From assembly GCA_038215675.1 (NCBI GenBank), contig JBBQQP010000001.1:1-38580 (forward strand): DNA of 38,580 nt. Direction: 5' to 3'. Each line of letters opens with the position of its first letter. The stretch's first letter is position 1. This DNA comes from Chitinophagales bacterium (lineage in GTDB: Bacteria > Bacteroidota > Bacteroidia > Chitinophagales > Chitinophagaceae). Position numbers and translations under genes: made by a program. Under the pieces are notes generated by a model, which saw nothing but the letters and a program-made list of their open reading frames with translations, was not told the origin of the DNA and made no database searches. Positions 19,998-29,150 of the stretch are shown here, piece by piece.

Positions 19998-22454
19998 TTG
20001 ATTTCAAAGCTACTCCTTCTCTGCTGTTGCATCACCGGTACATTTGTTGTAAAATCAACTGCACAGGAGTTTAGGCTTACAGGCAAAATAATGAATGCGG
20101 CGTTGGAACCAATGTCCTATACTTCGATTAGTATTAAAGAACTACAAACCGGCACCACCACAGATACCAAAGGCGATTTTAAATTTCAGCTGGAAGCAGG
20201 TAAATACGATGTGGTAGTTTCAATGATAGGTTACAAAACACAAGTGATTACCCTTACTATCATCCAGGATTATGCGCTGAATATTATTTTGCAGGAAGAC
20301 AACAAGCAATTACTTGGCGATGTTCAAATTATTGGCACCAGGAAAGACCATGCAGAAGAGATTGTACGAAACGTAATCCACAACAAGGAGGCACTGCTTA
20401 ACAATGCAAAAACATACAGTTGCAATGTGTACATAAAAGCATCGGATCAAACCAGCTTTAAAACCAAACCGAAAAAAAATAGTAAGGATACCACCAGCGC
20501 CGAACAAAAGGCGTTGGCTGCAATGAATATGGCAGAGGTTTACCTGAAGGCAGACTACAGTTTTCCCGACAAAATAAAAGAAGAAAGAACGGCAGTAAAA
20601 ATAAGAGGGAACAGTGAAAGCCTTTTCTATTTAACTACTACGGACGGTGATTTTAATTTCTATAAAAACCTGGTACAGCTTCCTGCGCTCTCTGCCATGC
20701 CCATGCTTTCGCCCATCAGCAACAGCGGCCTGGTGGCTTACAAATACAAAACATTGCGGATTAGAAAAGAAAATAACAGAACCATTTACACCATCAGGGT
20801 TACGCCCACCAAATTGGGTAATGCACTGGTAACTGGCGAAATGGAAATCATGGACAGCGCCTGGGTTCTGCTGAGTTCTCATTTTGAATTACCCAAATTC
20901 CATTTAACCGAATATGATTTTTTTGCTGTAGACCAACAGTATGAATGGGTTAATGACAAAGCATGGATGCCCGTGAGGCAGGATTTTACCTATCTCACCA
21001 AAGCTGGTAAAGGTTCGCTCAGCGGGCAAACCATTGCCATCTTCAGCGATTATAGTATCGACACCAGCTTTGCAAAAAAGCATTTTACAACTGAAATAAG
21101 TTCTACTGCGCAATTGGCTTATGAGCGGAATAGCAGCTTTTGGGACAACATTAGAAAAGAGCCATTAACAGCAAAAGAAATTCAATTCATTTATTTTAAG
21201 GATAGCATAAAAAGGGCACATACTACCACTTACTATTTAGATTCGGTAGACAAGTACAACAACAAAATAACGTTGAAAAAATTATTCATTCAGGGAATTG
21301 ATAACCACAACTGGAGGAAGGAACGGGTGATGATTTTTGCCAGTATTCCAGAACTATACATGCCCTTGCAATTGGGTGGCGGAAGAGTTGGCTACAATTT
21401 CTTTCTCAGTAAAATTTACAAAAACAAAAAGAATATTTCGCTGAGTACGAGGTTGAATTATGGGTTCCGCAATAAAGATATCCAGGGGGCCGTTGGTTTT
21501 AGAAAACTATACAATCCATTTAACAGGGGCTATTACACCATCAACGTGGGCAGAGAATTTGGGCAGATATTTGAAGGCGACGCCTGGATCAATCAATTGA
21601 AACGAAGTAATATTTTTTTAAAAGAAGGAGTTGAATTTGGCCACCAGGTAGAGTTGCTAAACGGACTGGTGCTGCTGAACAGATTGGAGTTTACGGCAAG
21701 AAAAAGTGTGGCCGATTATAAAACCAACAATAAATATGATTCATCGTGGATAGGATCAAGCCTTACCAACAATGTGGCCGTACAATTTGATCCTTACGAT
21801 GCATTCTACAATACCATTGGCCTGGAATATACACCCAGGCAAAAATACATTCGGGAACCAAAGGAAAAACTAATACTGGGTAGTAGCTGGCCAACTTTTA
21901 GCGTAAGCTGGAGAAAAGGAATTCCTAAAATTTTTGGTAGCGAAATTGATTTTAATTACCTGGAGTTTGGTGTAGAACAAAAATTGAAATTGGGTCTGGC
22001 CGGCGAATCAAGATATACTTTTACCAGTGGATCATTTTTAAGCAGGAAAGATTTACGACTGGTAGATTATAAATTTATGCGCCAGGGCGATCCATTGCTT
22101 TTCTCCAATCCTACCATGAGTTTCCAGGCATTGGATTCTACGTTTCCTGCGTTCAAAAGATTTTATGAAGGACATTACCTGCACCAGTTTCACGGGGCGA
22201 TTCTTAACAAAATACCCTTGCTCAAAAAATTGAATTTGCTGGAGGTAGCAGGTGGAGGTATTCTATATTTACCGGAACGGAATCTAAAATATGCAGAAGT
22301 ATTTTTTGGGGTAGAAAAAGTAATTCGCTTCTGGAGAGAACGCTATAAAATTGGCGGTTATGTTGTAAGCAGTGTAGCCAATCAATACAGCAATCCGATA
22401 CAGTTTAAAATTGGGATTGAAATGTTTAATAAGCGGAAGAATAGTTGGTATTGA
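19998..22454 (+). CDS. DUF5686-type outer-membrane protein with N-terminal carboxypeptidase-regulatory-like domain
   Basis: TTG start and signal peptide (..STA|Q). CarboxypepD_reg-like motifs GTTTDTKGDF and SMIGYKTQ are followed by FNFYKN and SPIS..GLVAYKYK, FWDNIRKEPLT.KE and a barrel-like C-terminal half. Confidence 0.75.
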   Translation: MISKLLLLCCCITGTFVVKSTAQEFRLTGKIMNAALEPMSYTSISIKELQTGTTTDTKGDFKFQLEAGKYDVVVSMIGYKTQVITLTIIQDYALNIILQEDNKQLLGDVQIIGTRKDHAEEIVRNVIHNKEALLNNAKTYSCNVYIKASDQTSFKTKPKKNSKDTTSAEQKALAAMNMAEVYLKADYSFPDKIKEERTAVKIRGNSESLFYLTTTDGDFNFYKNLVQLPALSAMPMLSPISNSGLVAYKYKTLRIRKENNRTIYTIRVTPTKLGNALVTGEMEIMDSAWVLLSSHFELPKFHLTEYDFFAVDQQYEWVNDKAWMPVRQDFTYLTKAGKGSLSGQTIAIFSDYSIDTSFAKKHFTTEISSTAQLAYERNSSFWDNIRKEPLTAKEIQFIYFKDSIKRAHTTTYYLDSVDKYNNKITLKKLFIQGIDNHNWRKERVMIFASIPELYMPLQLGGGRVGYNFFLSKIYKNKKNISLSTRLNYGFRNKDIQGAVGFRKLYNPFNRGYYTINVGREFGQIFEGDAWINQLKRSNIFLKEGVEFGHQVELLNGLVLLNRLEFTARKSVADYKTNNKYDSSWIGSSLTNNVAVQFDPYDAFYNTIGLEYTPRQKYIREPKEKLILGSSWPTFSVSWRKGIPKIFGSEIDFNYLEFGVEQKLKLGLAGESRYTFTSGSFLSRKDLRLVDYKFMRQGDPLLFSNPTMSFQALDSTFPAFKRFYEGHYLHQFHGAILNKIPLLKKLNLLEVAGGGILYLPERNLKYAEVFFGVEKVIRFWRERYKIGGYVVSSVANQYSNPIQFKIGIEMFNKRKNSWY

Positions 22455-22570
22455 ATTAATTTGAAAATGGCTCGATGGCTTAATTACTCAATGAGGGAAG
22501 TAAAATTTAAAAGTAAAACAAGGAGCGATTTTCCAATGGAGTGAATACTTTGAAAACGTTTTGAATCTAC

Positions 22571-22602
22571 ATTGAGAAATTGAGTCATTGAGTCATTGAG
22601 AA
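22571..22602. repeat. Octamer tandem repeat (ATTGAGAA/ATTGAGTC) x4 overlapping the esterase 3' end
   Basis: attgagaa attgagtc attgagtc attgagaa. Confidence 0.8.
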
Positions 22603-23415
22603 ATCTTTTCTTCCCCATCCCCATTTTAAAAAATCCGGAAACGATCTTGCCCAGGTTGGCACATCGTGTCTGCCATCCTCAAGCTCCAGGTATTTTATAT
22701 CATGATTGCCATAGCCTTTTATCTTCAACGCCTCAATTAAACTGGTGGTATCATCAATGGCATCAATGATTCCATTGTTATTTCTATCTGCCGTTTCATC
22801 CTGCGTACCTACTTCAAAAAAGAATTTTAACCAGGGATAATATTGGCCCTCTTTCACCTGTCGGTGCATGATCCTGTGGATGCTTTCATCAAAATCAATA
22901 TCATCCTGGCATTTATCCCGCCACCAAAATGAACCACTAAAAACCCCGGCCAATTTAAACTCCTTTGGATTGTTCCATACGATGTCCATGGCACTTAAAC
23001 CACCCAGGGAAAAACCTGCATACGACTTGTCTTTAAAAGAATTTACCTGGTAATTTTTCCGGATAAACGGCAGCGCTTCTTCAAACACAAAGCGAGTGTA
23101 ATGTGCAGCTTTTGCACCCCGACCTTTATAGTCCAATATTTTTCCAGTGCCATATTCATTCTTCCTGTCTTCGGAACAATGAAAACCTACACAGAACAAT
23201 GGCTTTATCTCATTCTGTTCGTGTAGGTTTTGTAAAATGGTTTTAAAGTTCATTGTAACCAAATCCTGCCCGTCGTTGATCAATAGTAAACTCATATTTT
23301 CCGAAGCAATCATTGACTCCTGAAAGTAGCAATCCATCTTAACTTCCCTGCTTAAATATTCGGAGTAAATGACGTGATTATCTACAATAATATTGGTGTT
23401 TGTATTCTTAAGCAT
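22585..23415 (-). CDS. Alpha/beta-hydrolase esterase (Fes/enterochelin-esterase-like family), cytoplasmic
   Basis: LLLINDGQD, R.NEYG, nucleophile elbow GFSLGG, GVFSGSFWW, G.QDE and catalytic His in GRHD. No signal peptide. Confidence 0.88.
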   Translation of the reverse strand: MLKNTNTNIIVDNHVIYSEYLSREVKMDCYFQESMIASENMSLLLINDGQDLVTMNFKTILQNLHEQNEIKPLFCVGFHCSEDRKNEYGTGKILDYKGRGAKAAHYTRFVFEEALPFIRKNYQVNSFKDKSYAGFSLGGLSAMDIVWNNPKEFKLAGVFSGSFWWRDKCQDDIDFDESIHRIMHRQVKEGQYYPWLKFFFEVGTQDETADRNNNGIIDAIDDTTSLIEALKIKGYGNHDIKYLELEDGRHDVPTWARSFPDFLKWGWGRKDFSMTQ

Positions 23416-23420
23416 AGCAC

Positions 23421-23428
23421 CAAAATTA
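23421..23428 (-). promoter_or_regulatory. -7 box directly upstream of the esterase ATG (probably leaderless)
   Basis: TAATTTTG on the minus strand, only 5 nt (GTGCT) before the ATG. Confidence 0.55.
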
Positions 23429-23446
23429 AGTAAAAAGCATTAGACC

Positions 23447-23640
23447 GTGGAAGGTGGAAGGTGGACGGTGGAAGGCTGAAGGCGAATGGCTGAATGCAGA
23501 AGGAGTATTCAAACTGCGGTAATTAGAATTTAAAAGAAGAATAAAAAGCAGCAGCAATTTTAATCTTCCAGCTTAACCTTCGTTTTCACATTTTCCCCTT
23601 TGCCTTCTGCCTTATGCATTCGGCTTTTGGCCTTCCGTCC
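23447..23640. repeat. Inverted pair of heptamer tandem arrays
   Basis: Left 23447-23502: GTGGAAG GTGGAAG GTGGACG GTGGAAG GCTGAAG GCGAATG GCTGAAT GCAGAAG. Right 23604-23638: CTTCTGC CTTATGC ATTCGGC TTTTGGC CTTCCGT, the reverse-complement family. Confidence 0.8.
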
Positions 23641-23650
23641 CGAAGTATTA

Positions 23651-23682
23651 TTTGGTTTATTAAGTCGTTAAAAATATATTTG
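23651..23682 (+). promoter_or_regulatory. Full -33/-7 promoter for the ATP-grasp gene
   Basis: TTTG (23651-23654), a 20-nt spacer, then TATATTTG (23675-23682). It lies inside the ORF-track extension, which supports the downstream ATG. Confidence 0.7.
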
Positions 23683-23742
23683 AATAGTATTGAATTTCAA
23701 CTTAGACCCACAATCCATCATTTCATTGTAAAAAGACTTTTT

Positions 23743-24696
23743 ATGAAAAAAATCGGCATCCTGCATGGAAAAGAGAGAAGCTTTCCGGAAGCTTTTGTAG
23801 CCAGAGTAAATAGTAAAAACGTGGAAGGCATCATGGCCGAGCCTGTAAAGATTGATAAAGTAATACAGGGAGAAAGCAGTGGCTATGCGGTGATCATTGA
23901 TCGCATATCACAGGACGTTCCGTTTTACCGGGCGTTTCTAAAAAATGCTGCATTGTGTGGAACGGCGGTCATCAACAATCCTTTTTGGTGGAGTGCTGAT
24001 GAGAAGTTTTTCAACAATTGCTTATCTACCAAAATTGATGTACCAGTCCCCAAAACAGTTATTTTACCTTCAAGGGAATTGCCAGCTGATACTACAGATG
24101 AATCGTTCAGCAACTTATCATATCCTTTGGATTGGGAGGGTATCTTTAAATACATTGGCTTTCCTGCCTATATGAAACCCTTTGCCGGCGGAGGCTGGAA
24201 GAGTGTTTACAGAATATCTGACATGGATGATTTTTTTGACAAACATGGCGAAACAGCAGAACTTGTAATGATGTTGCAGGAGGAAATTATTTTTGAAGAA
24301 TATTATCGTTGCTATTGCATTGGAGGTAAATATGTTCGCATCATGAGTTACGAACCACGCAACGAACATCATCTCAGGTATGTTGCAGACTTTCAACCGT
24401 CTGCCGAAAAACTGCAGATGATGACTGATATTGTACTAAAGATCAATCATTACTTAGGCTATGATTTTAATACCGTGGAACTGGCTTTGAGAGATGGCGT
24501 TCCCTTCGCCATTGATTTTTGCAACCCGGCACCGGATGCAGAAAGAGCCAGTGTGGGTGACGAAAATTTTGAGTGGGTAGTAGAAACGTCGGCCAATTAT
24601 GCCATTGAAAAAGCATTGGCTCAAAAAGATAACCATGACAATCTTACCTGGGGCAAATACATTAGCAGAAGTGCGAATAAACAAACACTTTATTAA
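23743..24696 (+). CDS. ATP-grasp amide ligase (RimK/glutathione-synthetase-like)
   Basis: True start taken as ATG 23743 (MKKIGILHG), not 23614. Motifs: IIDRIS, VINNP..DEKF, VPVPKT, FPAYMKPFAGGGW, MLQEEI and VELALRDG.P.AIDFCNP. Confidence 0.85.
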   Translation: MKKIGILHGKERSFPEAFVARVNSKNVEGIMAEPVKIDKVIQGESSGYAVIIDRISQDVPFYRAFLKNAALCGTAVINNPFWWSADEKFFNNCLSTKIDVPVPKTVILPSRELPADTTDESFSNLSYPLDWEGIFKYIGFPAYMKPFAGGGWKSVYRISDMDDFFDKHGETAELVMMLQEEIIFEEYYRCYCIGGKYVRIMSYEPRNEHHLRYVADFQPSAEKLQMMTDIVLKINHYLGYDFNTVELALRDGVPFAIDFCNPAPDAERASVGDENFEWVVETSANYAIEKALAQKDNHDNLTWGKYISRSANKQTLY

Positions 24697-24816
24697 TGTA
24701 TAATGGTGGAGTGATAATTGCGTAAATTTAAGCTGGCTGATAAATACAGGCAGCAATAAAAAAGAACCATTGTATTAAAATTGACACAATACCTTTTTCA
24801 ATAGCAACTGCTGATT

Positions 24817-25470
24817 ATGGTAAAAAAGAACGGAAAATATTTAACCATCCTGAAAGAAGATTTCAGCGAAATAAAAGTAGCAGAACCCGACAGCCCCTAC
24901 GGATTTACCTATGCCGATTATTTAACATGGAATTTTAAAGAGCGGATTGAGTTAATCAGGGGTAAGATTTTTAAGATGTGTCCGGCTCCATCTTTTATAC
25001 ACCAGCGGATAGTTTTAAATATTGCAATAAAGTTCCAAAATTTTCTGGATGGCAAACCTTGTAAATGTTTTCTTTCACCGATTGACGTTAGGCTAAAAGG
25101 TAAACCCTTTAGGAAGAAAAAAAGAAGAGATGATCAAATTACAACTGTAGTGCAGCCAGATTTTATTGTAGTGTGCGATGAAGAAAAACTGAGGGATAAC
25201 CGGAGTGTGGATGGAGCACCGGAACTGGTAGTAGAAATATTAAGTCCGGGCAACACCCATACAGAAATCAAATACAAATTTGAATTGTATGAAGAAAATG
25301 GTGTGCTGGAATATTGGGTGGTGTACCCGGAATATCAGCAAATTTATGTGTACCTGCTAAACGAAGAGGATGAATTTGGTAAACCCACACTTTATGAAGC
25401 GAGCGAAAGTATTTCATCCAAAGTAATAAAAGGCTTTAAAATTCCAATGAAGGAACTTTTTAAATTGTAA
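24817..25470 (+). CDS. Uma2 (DUF820) family PD-(D/E)XK endonuclease-like protein
   Basis: ELIRGKI..M.PAPS..HQ, VQPDFIVVC, APELVVEILSPGN and K..LYEENGVLEYWVV.P. Confidence 0.92.
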   Translation: MVKKNGKYLTILKEDFSEIKVAEPDSPYGFTYADYLTWNFKERIELIRGKIFKMCPAPSFIHQRIVLNIAIKFQNFLDGKPCKCFLSPIDVRLKGKPFRKKKRRDDQITTVVQPDFIVVCDEEKLRDNRSVDGAPELVVEILSPGNTHTEIKYKFELYEENGVLEYWVVYPEYQQIYVYLLNEEDEFGKPTLYEASESISSKVIKGFKIPMKELFKL

Positions 25471-25575
25471 TGAAACCGAACAGGTTAATCAAAACTAAAA
25501 AGCGTTATTGTTAAATTGAGAACGAGCATTGACTTTAAAAAATATCCATTATCAATAATCAAATTATCATATAAA

Positions 25576-26688
25576 ATGGCCAGCATTTCGTTTAAAAATT
25601 TCACAGTAGGGGTAGAGGAAGAGTATATGGTAATAGACCCTGTATCAAGGGAATTGAAAAGCCATGAACAAAAAATTGTGCAGGAAGGGCAAAAAATAAT
25701 TAAAGACAAAGTAAAAGCAGAAATGCACCAGGCGGTGGTAGAAGTGGGTACAGATATTTGCCAGGACGTAGATGAAGCGTTTATGGATGTATCAACGCTT
25801 CGCAAAACAATCAGCAGTATTGCGAACAACCTGGGTCTAAAAATAGGCGCTTCCGGCACACACCCTTTCAGTCATTGGGAAAGCCAACTGATAACAGATC
25901 ATGCCCGCTACAATGAAATTGTAAATGAACTACAGGAAGCCGCCCGCAGTAACCTTATTTTTGGCTTGCATGTGCATGTAGGTATGGAAAACAGGGAGAT
26001 GGCCATTCACATAGCCAATTCGGCCCGCTATTTTTTACCACACGTATATGCATTGAGTACCAACTCTCCTTTTTGGGAAGGCAGGATTACCGGTTACAAA
26101 TCGTTTAGAACAAAAGTATTTGATAAATTCCCCAGAACCGGCATACCCGATTATTTTGAAAGTATTGAAGCCTACGAAAGCTATATTAAGCTATTGGTAA
26201 AAACCAATTGCATAGACAATGCTAAAAAAATATGGTGGGATCTTCGCGTACATCCATTTTTTAACACCGTTGAATTTCGCATTTGCGACATCCCACTTAC
26301 CGTGCATGAAAGCATTGCAATTGCTGCGCTGTTTCAGGCCATTTGTGCCAAACTTTATAAATTAAAAAGTCAGAATCTAAATTTCATGATGTACTCCCGT
26401 GCATTGTTAAACGAAAATAAATGGCGTGCCAGTCGCTATGGCATTGATGGCAGTATGATCGATTTTGGCAAAGAAACCGAAGTGAACACCAGGGTACTGA
26501 TCTATGAACTACTGGATTTTGTGGATGACGTAGTACCGCATTTAGGTAGTAGGCATGCAATCAATCATGTACACAAAATATTGGAAAATGGCACAGGTGC
26601 AGACAGGCAATTAAAAGTGTACCAGGACACCGGAAGCCTTGTAGATGTAGTAGATTATATTCAGGAAAGTTTTCTTTCTGGTTTATAA
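25576..26688 (+). CDS. ybdK: Carboxylate-amine ligase, YbdK / glutamate-cysteine ligase family 2 (GCS2)
   Basis: Start taken as ATG 25576. Motifs: TVGVEEEY, EMHQAVVE, GTHPF, FGLHVHVG, ALSTNSPFW, WWDLR.HP..TVEFRICD, ENKWRA.RYG and GADRQ. Confidence 0.93.
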   Translation: MASISFKNFTVGVEEEYMVIDPVSRELKSHEQKIVQEGQKIIKDKVKAEMHQAVVEVGTDICQDVDEAFMDVSTLRKTISSIANNLGLKIGASGTHPFSHWESQLITDHARYNEIVNELQEAARSNLIFGLHVHVGMENREMAIHIANSARYFLPHVYALSTNSPFWEGRITGYKSFRTKVFDKFPRTGIPDYFESIEAYESYIKLLVKTNCIDNAKKIWWDLRVHPFFNTVEFRICDIPLTVHESIAIAALFQAICAKLYKLKSQNLNFMMYSRALLNENKWRASRYGIDGSMIDFGKETEVNTRVLIYELLDFVDDVVPHLGSRHAINHVHKILENGTGADRQLKVYQDTGSLVDVVDYIQESFLSGL

Positions 26689-26880
26689 AAGCGTTTAGTT
26701 CACTATAAGATTAAGCGCTAAAAAATGGAATTCAGGTGCCTCAAATAATCATTTAAACCTTTCCAACTACCATACTTAACCTGCCCGTTTTTTAATTTTT
26801 CGAAGCGGGTTTCCAACCACTAGGAATTTGGATGCCGGTGAGTTGATCTAGCCTCACGAACAAGGTTTATAAAAAAATAT

Positions 26881-26888
26881 TAAATTTG
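26881..26888 (+). promoter_or_regulatory. -7 box 4 nt before the GATase-like ATG
   Basis: TAAATTTG-cagc-ATG. No -33 TTTG at the canonical spacing. Confidence 0.5.
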
Positions 26889-26892
26889 CAGC

Positions 26893-27738
26893 ATGAATGA
26901 AAGTGAAAAGCAGCCAATGCGGATAGCAATTTTAGATTTATACGATGGTGTTGCCAACCAGGGGATGCGTTGTATCAGGGAAATTTTAAACCAGTACAGC
27001 GATTACACCAATGTAGATATTAGCTGGGATGAATTTGATGTTCGTCAAAAAAATGAAGTTCCGGATCTTTCTTACGATATTTTTATTTCCAGCGGCGGGC
27101 CAGGAAGCCCCCTGGAAAGCATTGGCACCGAATGGGAAAATGTTTATTTCAACTGGCTCAACCAGATAGAAACCTGGAATAACAATAAGGCAAATGTTCA
27201 AAAGAAATTTGTTTTCTTCATTTGTCATTCTTTTCAACTCGCCTGCAGGCACTACCAGGTGGGTAATCTTTGTAAAAGAAAAAGTACTGCATTTGGCGTA
27301 TTTCCGATTCATTTATTAAAAGATGGAAAACACGAATTGGTCTACAATGGAATGAAAGACCCGTTTTATGCGGTGGATAGCCGGGATTACCAGGTAATTG
27401 AACCCAACCACCCTCAACTGAATGCGACCGGCGCTAAGGTGCTGGCCATAGAAAAAGAAAGGCCGCATGTAATGTTGGAAAGAGCCATCATGGCCGTTCG
27501 GTTTGATCCATACATGATTGGTACCCAGTTTCACCCCGAAGCAGATGCCGTCGGCATGAGCATGCATTTGCAAACAGCAGAGAAAAAGAAAACCGTGATA
27601 GAAAATTATGGATTTAAAAAATGGGCAAGCATGATTGAACACCTGAACGACCCAGATAAAATCATGTATACTTACGCACACATACTTCCTAATTTTCTCT
27701 CCATAGCAGTAAAAAGCCTTCAAGCAGTTGAAGTTTAA
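26893..27738 (+). CDS. Class I glutamine amidotransferase-like protein (possible gamma-glutamyl hydrolase); alternative start 26917
   Basis: Oxyanion loop ISSGGPGSP, nucleophile elbow FICHSFQ and the His-Glu motif QFHPE, giving a complete Cys-His-Glu triad. No synthase partner domain is present. Confidence 0.88.
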   Translation: MNESEKQPMRIAILDLYDGVANQGMRCIREILNQYSDYTNVDISWDEFDVRQKNEVPDLSYDIFISSGGPGSPLESIGTEWENVYFNWLNQIETWNNNKANVQKKFVFFICHSFQLACRHYQVGNLCKRKSTAFGVFPIHLLKDGKHELVYNGMKDPFYAVDSRDYQVIEPNHPQLNATGAKVLAIEKERPHVMLERAIMAVRFDPYMIGTQFHPEADAVGMSMHLQTAEKKKTVIENYGFKKWASMIEHLNDPDKIMYTYAHILPNFLSIAVKSLQAVEV

Positions 27739-27955
27739 ATTGTAGCGCTGAAGGCGAACTATAAAAATAAAAGACTGCCGCTGTTTGTTATAAAAGCAGC
27801 CACCCGAAAGCCAGCTGTATAATGACTTGCTGTTAAATGCCCAGGAGGCTTTGAATGGTATTTCCAAATGCTTGTGGCATGCGAACGTGAAGTATGATTA
27901 TTATGTTTATTTTTAACTTGCTAAATCAGACCTTCATATAAATCTATCATCATTC

Positions 27956-29146
27956 ATGCAAAAGGAATTACGTCAGCAGTTTAATGCTAATTATAGCGAG
28001 GCAAAGTACCTCGCTTACCTGGCAAAATTGAATAGCCTGCATCCCGGCGCACTGGATTTTAGAAATGCAGAAACCCCCATTTATATCCCGAAGGACTTTA
28101 CAAAAAAAATGCTGGCTGCCTGTGAGGACATCATTGATGTAATTGTTGACCCCCGTTTTAAGTCCCTTACCGAACGAGCCATCCCGGCAGATATAAGCAT
28201 CACCCACGAAAAGGGCTATTCCGACTTTATTGCATTTGATTTTGGTATCTGCGAAAATGGAGAAGGAGAACTTGAGCCACAGTTAATAGAGATGCAGGGA
28301 TTCCCTACCTTGTTTGCCTTCCAGGCTTTTCATACTGCCATTACCCGCTCCTATGCTGAAGTGCCTGATACGCATAGTGCTTATTTAAACGGATATACAG
28401 AATCAAGTTATTTGCAATTATTAAAAGATATTATTGTTGGCGATCTTGACCCGGCAAATGTAATATTGCTTGAAATTTATCCCGACCAACAAAAAACCAG
28501 GGTTGATTTCTATTGTACCGAAGATGTGCTGGGTATAAAAACCGTTTGCCTCACCAAATTAATGGGGGAAGGAAACCAATTATTTTATGAAGCCAATGGA
28601 AAAAAAATCCCGGTTAAAAGAATCTATAACCGGTTAATATTTGATGACCTGCATCAACAGGAAAACCTCGGCAAAATTATTGACTTCAACCACCCATGGG
28701 AAGTAGAATGGGTGCCACATCCGAATTGGTTTTACCGCATCAGCAAGTTCACCCTTCCACTGATCAGGAATGCGTATGTGCCGGCAACTTTTTACCTGGA
28801 TGAAATAAAAGAGATACCTGTTGATTTGCATAACTATGTGTTGAAACCGTTGTTTTCGTTTGCAGGCATGGGAGTAGTAATTGACGTAACCCCGGCAGAT
28901 ATTGACAATGTAAAAGATCCACAAAACTGGATTTTGCAGCGAAAGGTTAAATATGCGGATGTAATTGAAACACCGGATGAACCAGCCAAGGCAGAAATCC
29001 GATTGTTTTATTTTTGGAAAGATGGCTGGGCAAGACCAAAAGCAGTCCATAATTTATCAAGATTGAGCAAAGGGAAGATGATTGGTACCCGCTACAATAA
29101 AGATAAAACCTGGGTAGGCGGCACGGTAGCTTTTTTTGAACAATAA
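27956..29146 (+). CDS. Circularly permuted ATP-grasp ligase-like protein (glutathionylspermidine-synthase-like topology)
   Basis: N-terminal metal-binding strands AFDFG..PQLIEMQGFP precede RIYNRLI, RISKFTLP, YVLKPLFSFAGMGV and WILQRKV. This is the permuted order of ATP-grasp motifs. Confidence 0.72.
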   Translation: MQKELRQQFNANYSEAKYLAYLAKLNSLHPGALDFRNAETPIYIPKDFTKKMLAACEDIIDVIVDPRFKSLTERAIPADISITHEKGYSDFIAFDFGICENGEGELEPQLIEMQGFPTLFAFQAFHTAITRSYAEVPDTHSAYLNGYTESSYLQLLKDIIVGDLDPANVILLEIYPDQQKTRVDFYCTEDVLGIKTVCLTKLMGEGNQLFYEANGKKIPVKRIYNRLIFDDLHQQENLGKIIDFNHPWEVEWVPHPNWFYRISKFTLPLIRNAYVPATFYLDEIKEIPVDLHNYVLKPLFSFAGMGVVIDVTPADIDNVKDPQNWILQRKVKYADVIETPDEPAKAEIRLFYFWKDGWARPKAVHNLSRLSKGKMIGTRYNKDKTWVGGTVAFFEQ

Positions 29147-29150
29147 AGCG

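Noticed and set aside
23614-23742. 43-aa N-terminal extension of the ATP-grasp ORF
   Set aside because: It begins in the heptamer array and spans a consensus promoter, so ATG 23743 is the better start.
25516-25575. TTG-initiated extension of ybdK
   Set aside because: It runs through the repeat remnants, and family motifs begin just after ATG 25576.
27316-27955. 183-aa antisense ORF and a possible small ORF or ncRNA between the GATase-like and permuted ATP-grasp genes
   Set aside because: The antisense ORF mostly shadows the GATase gene. The short sense stretch (PPESQLYNDLLLNAQEALNG..) has no clear start, and I recognise no RNA motif there.
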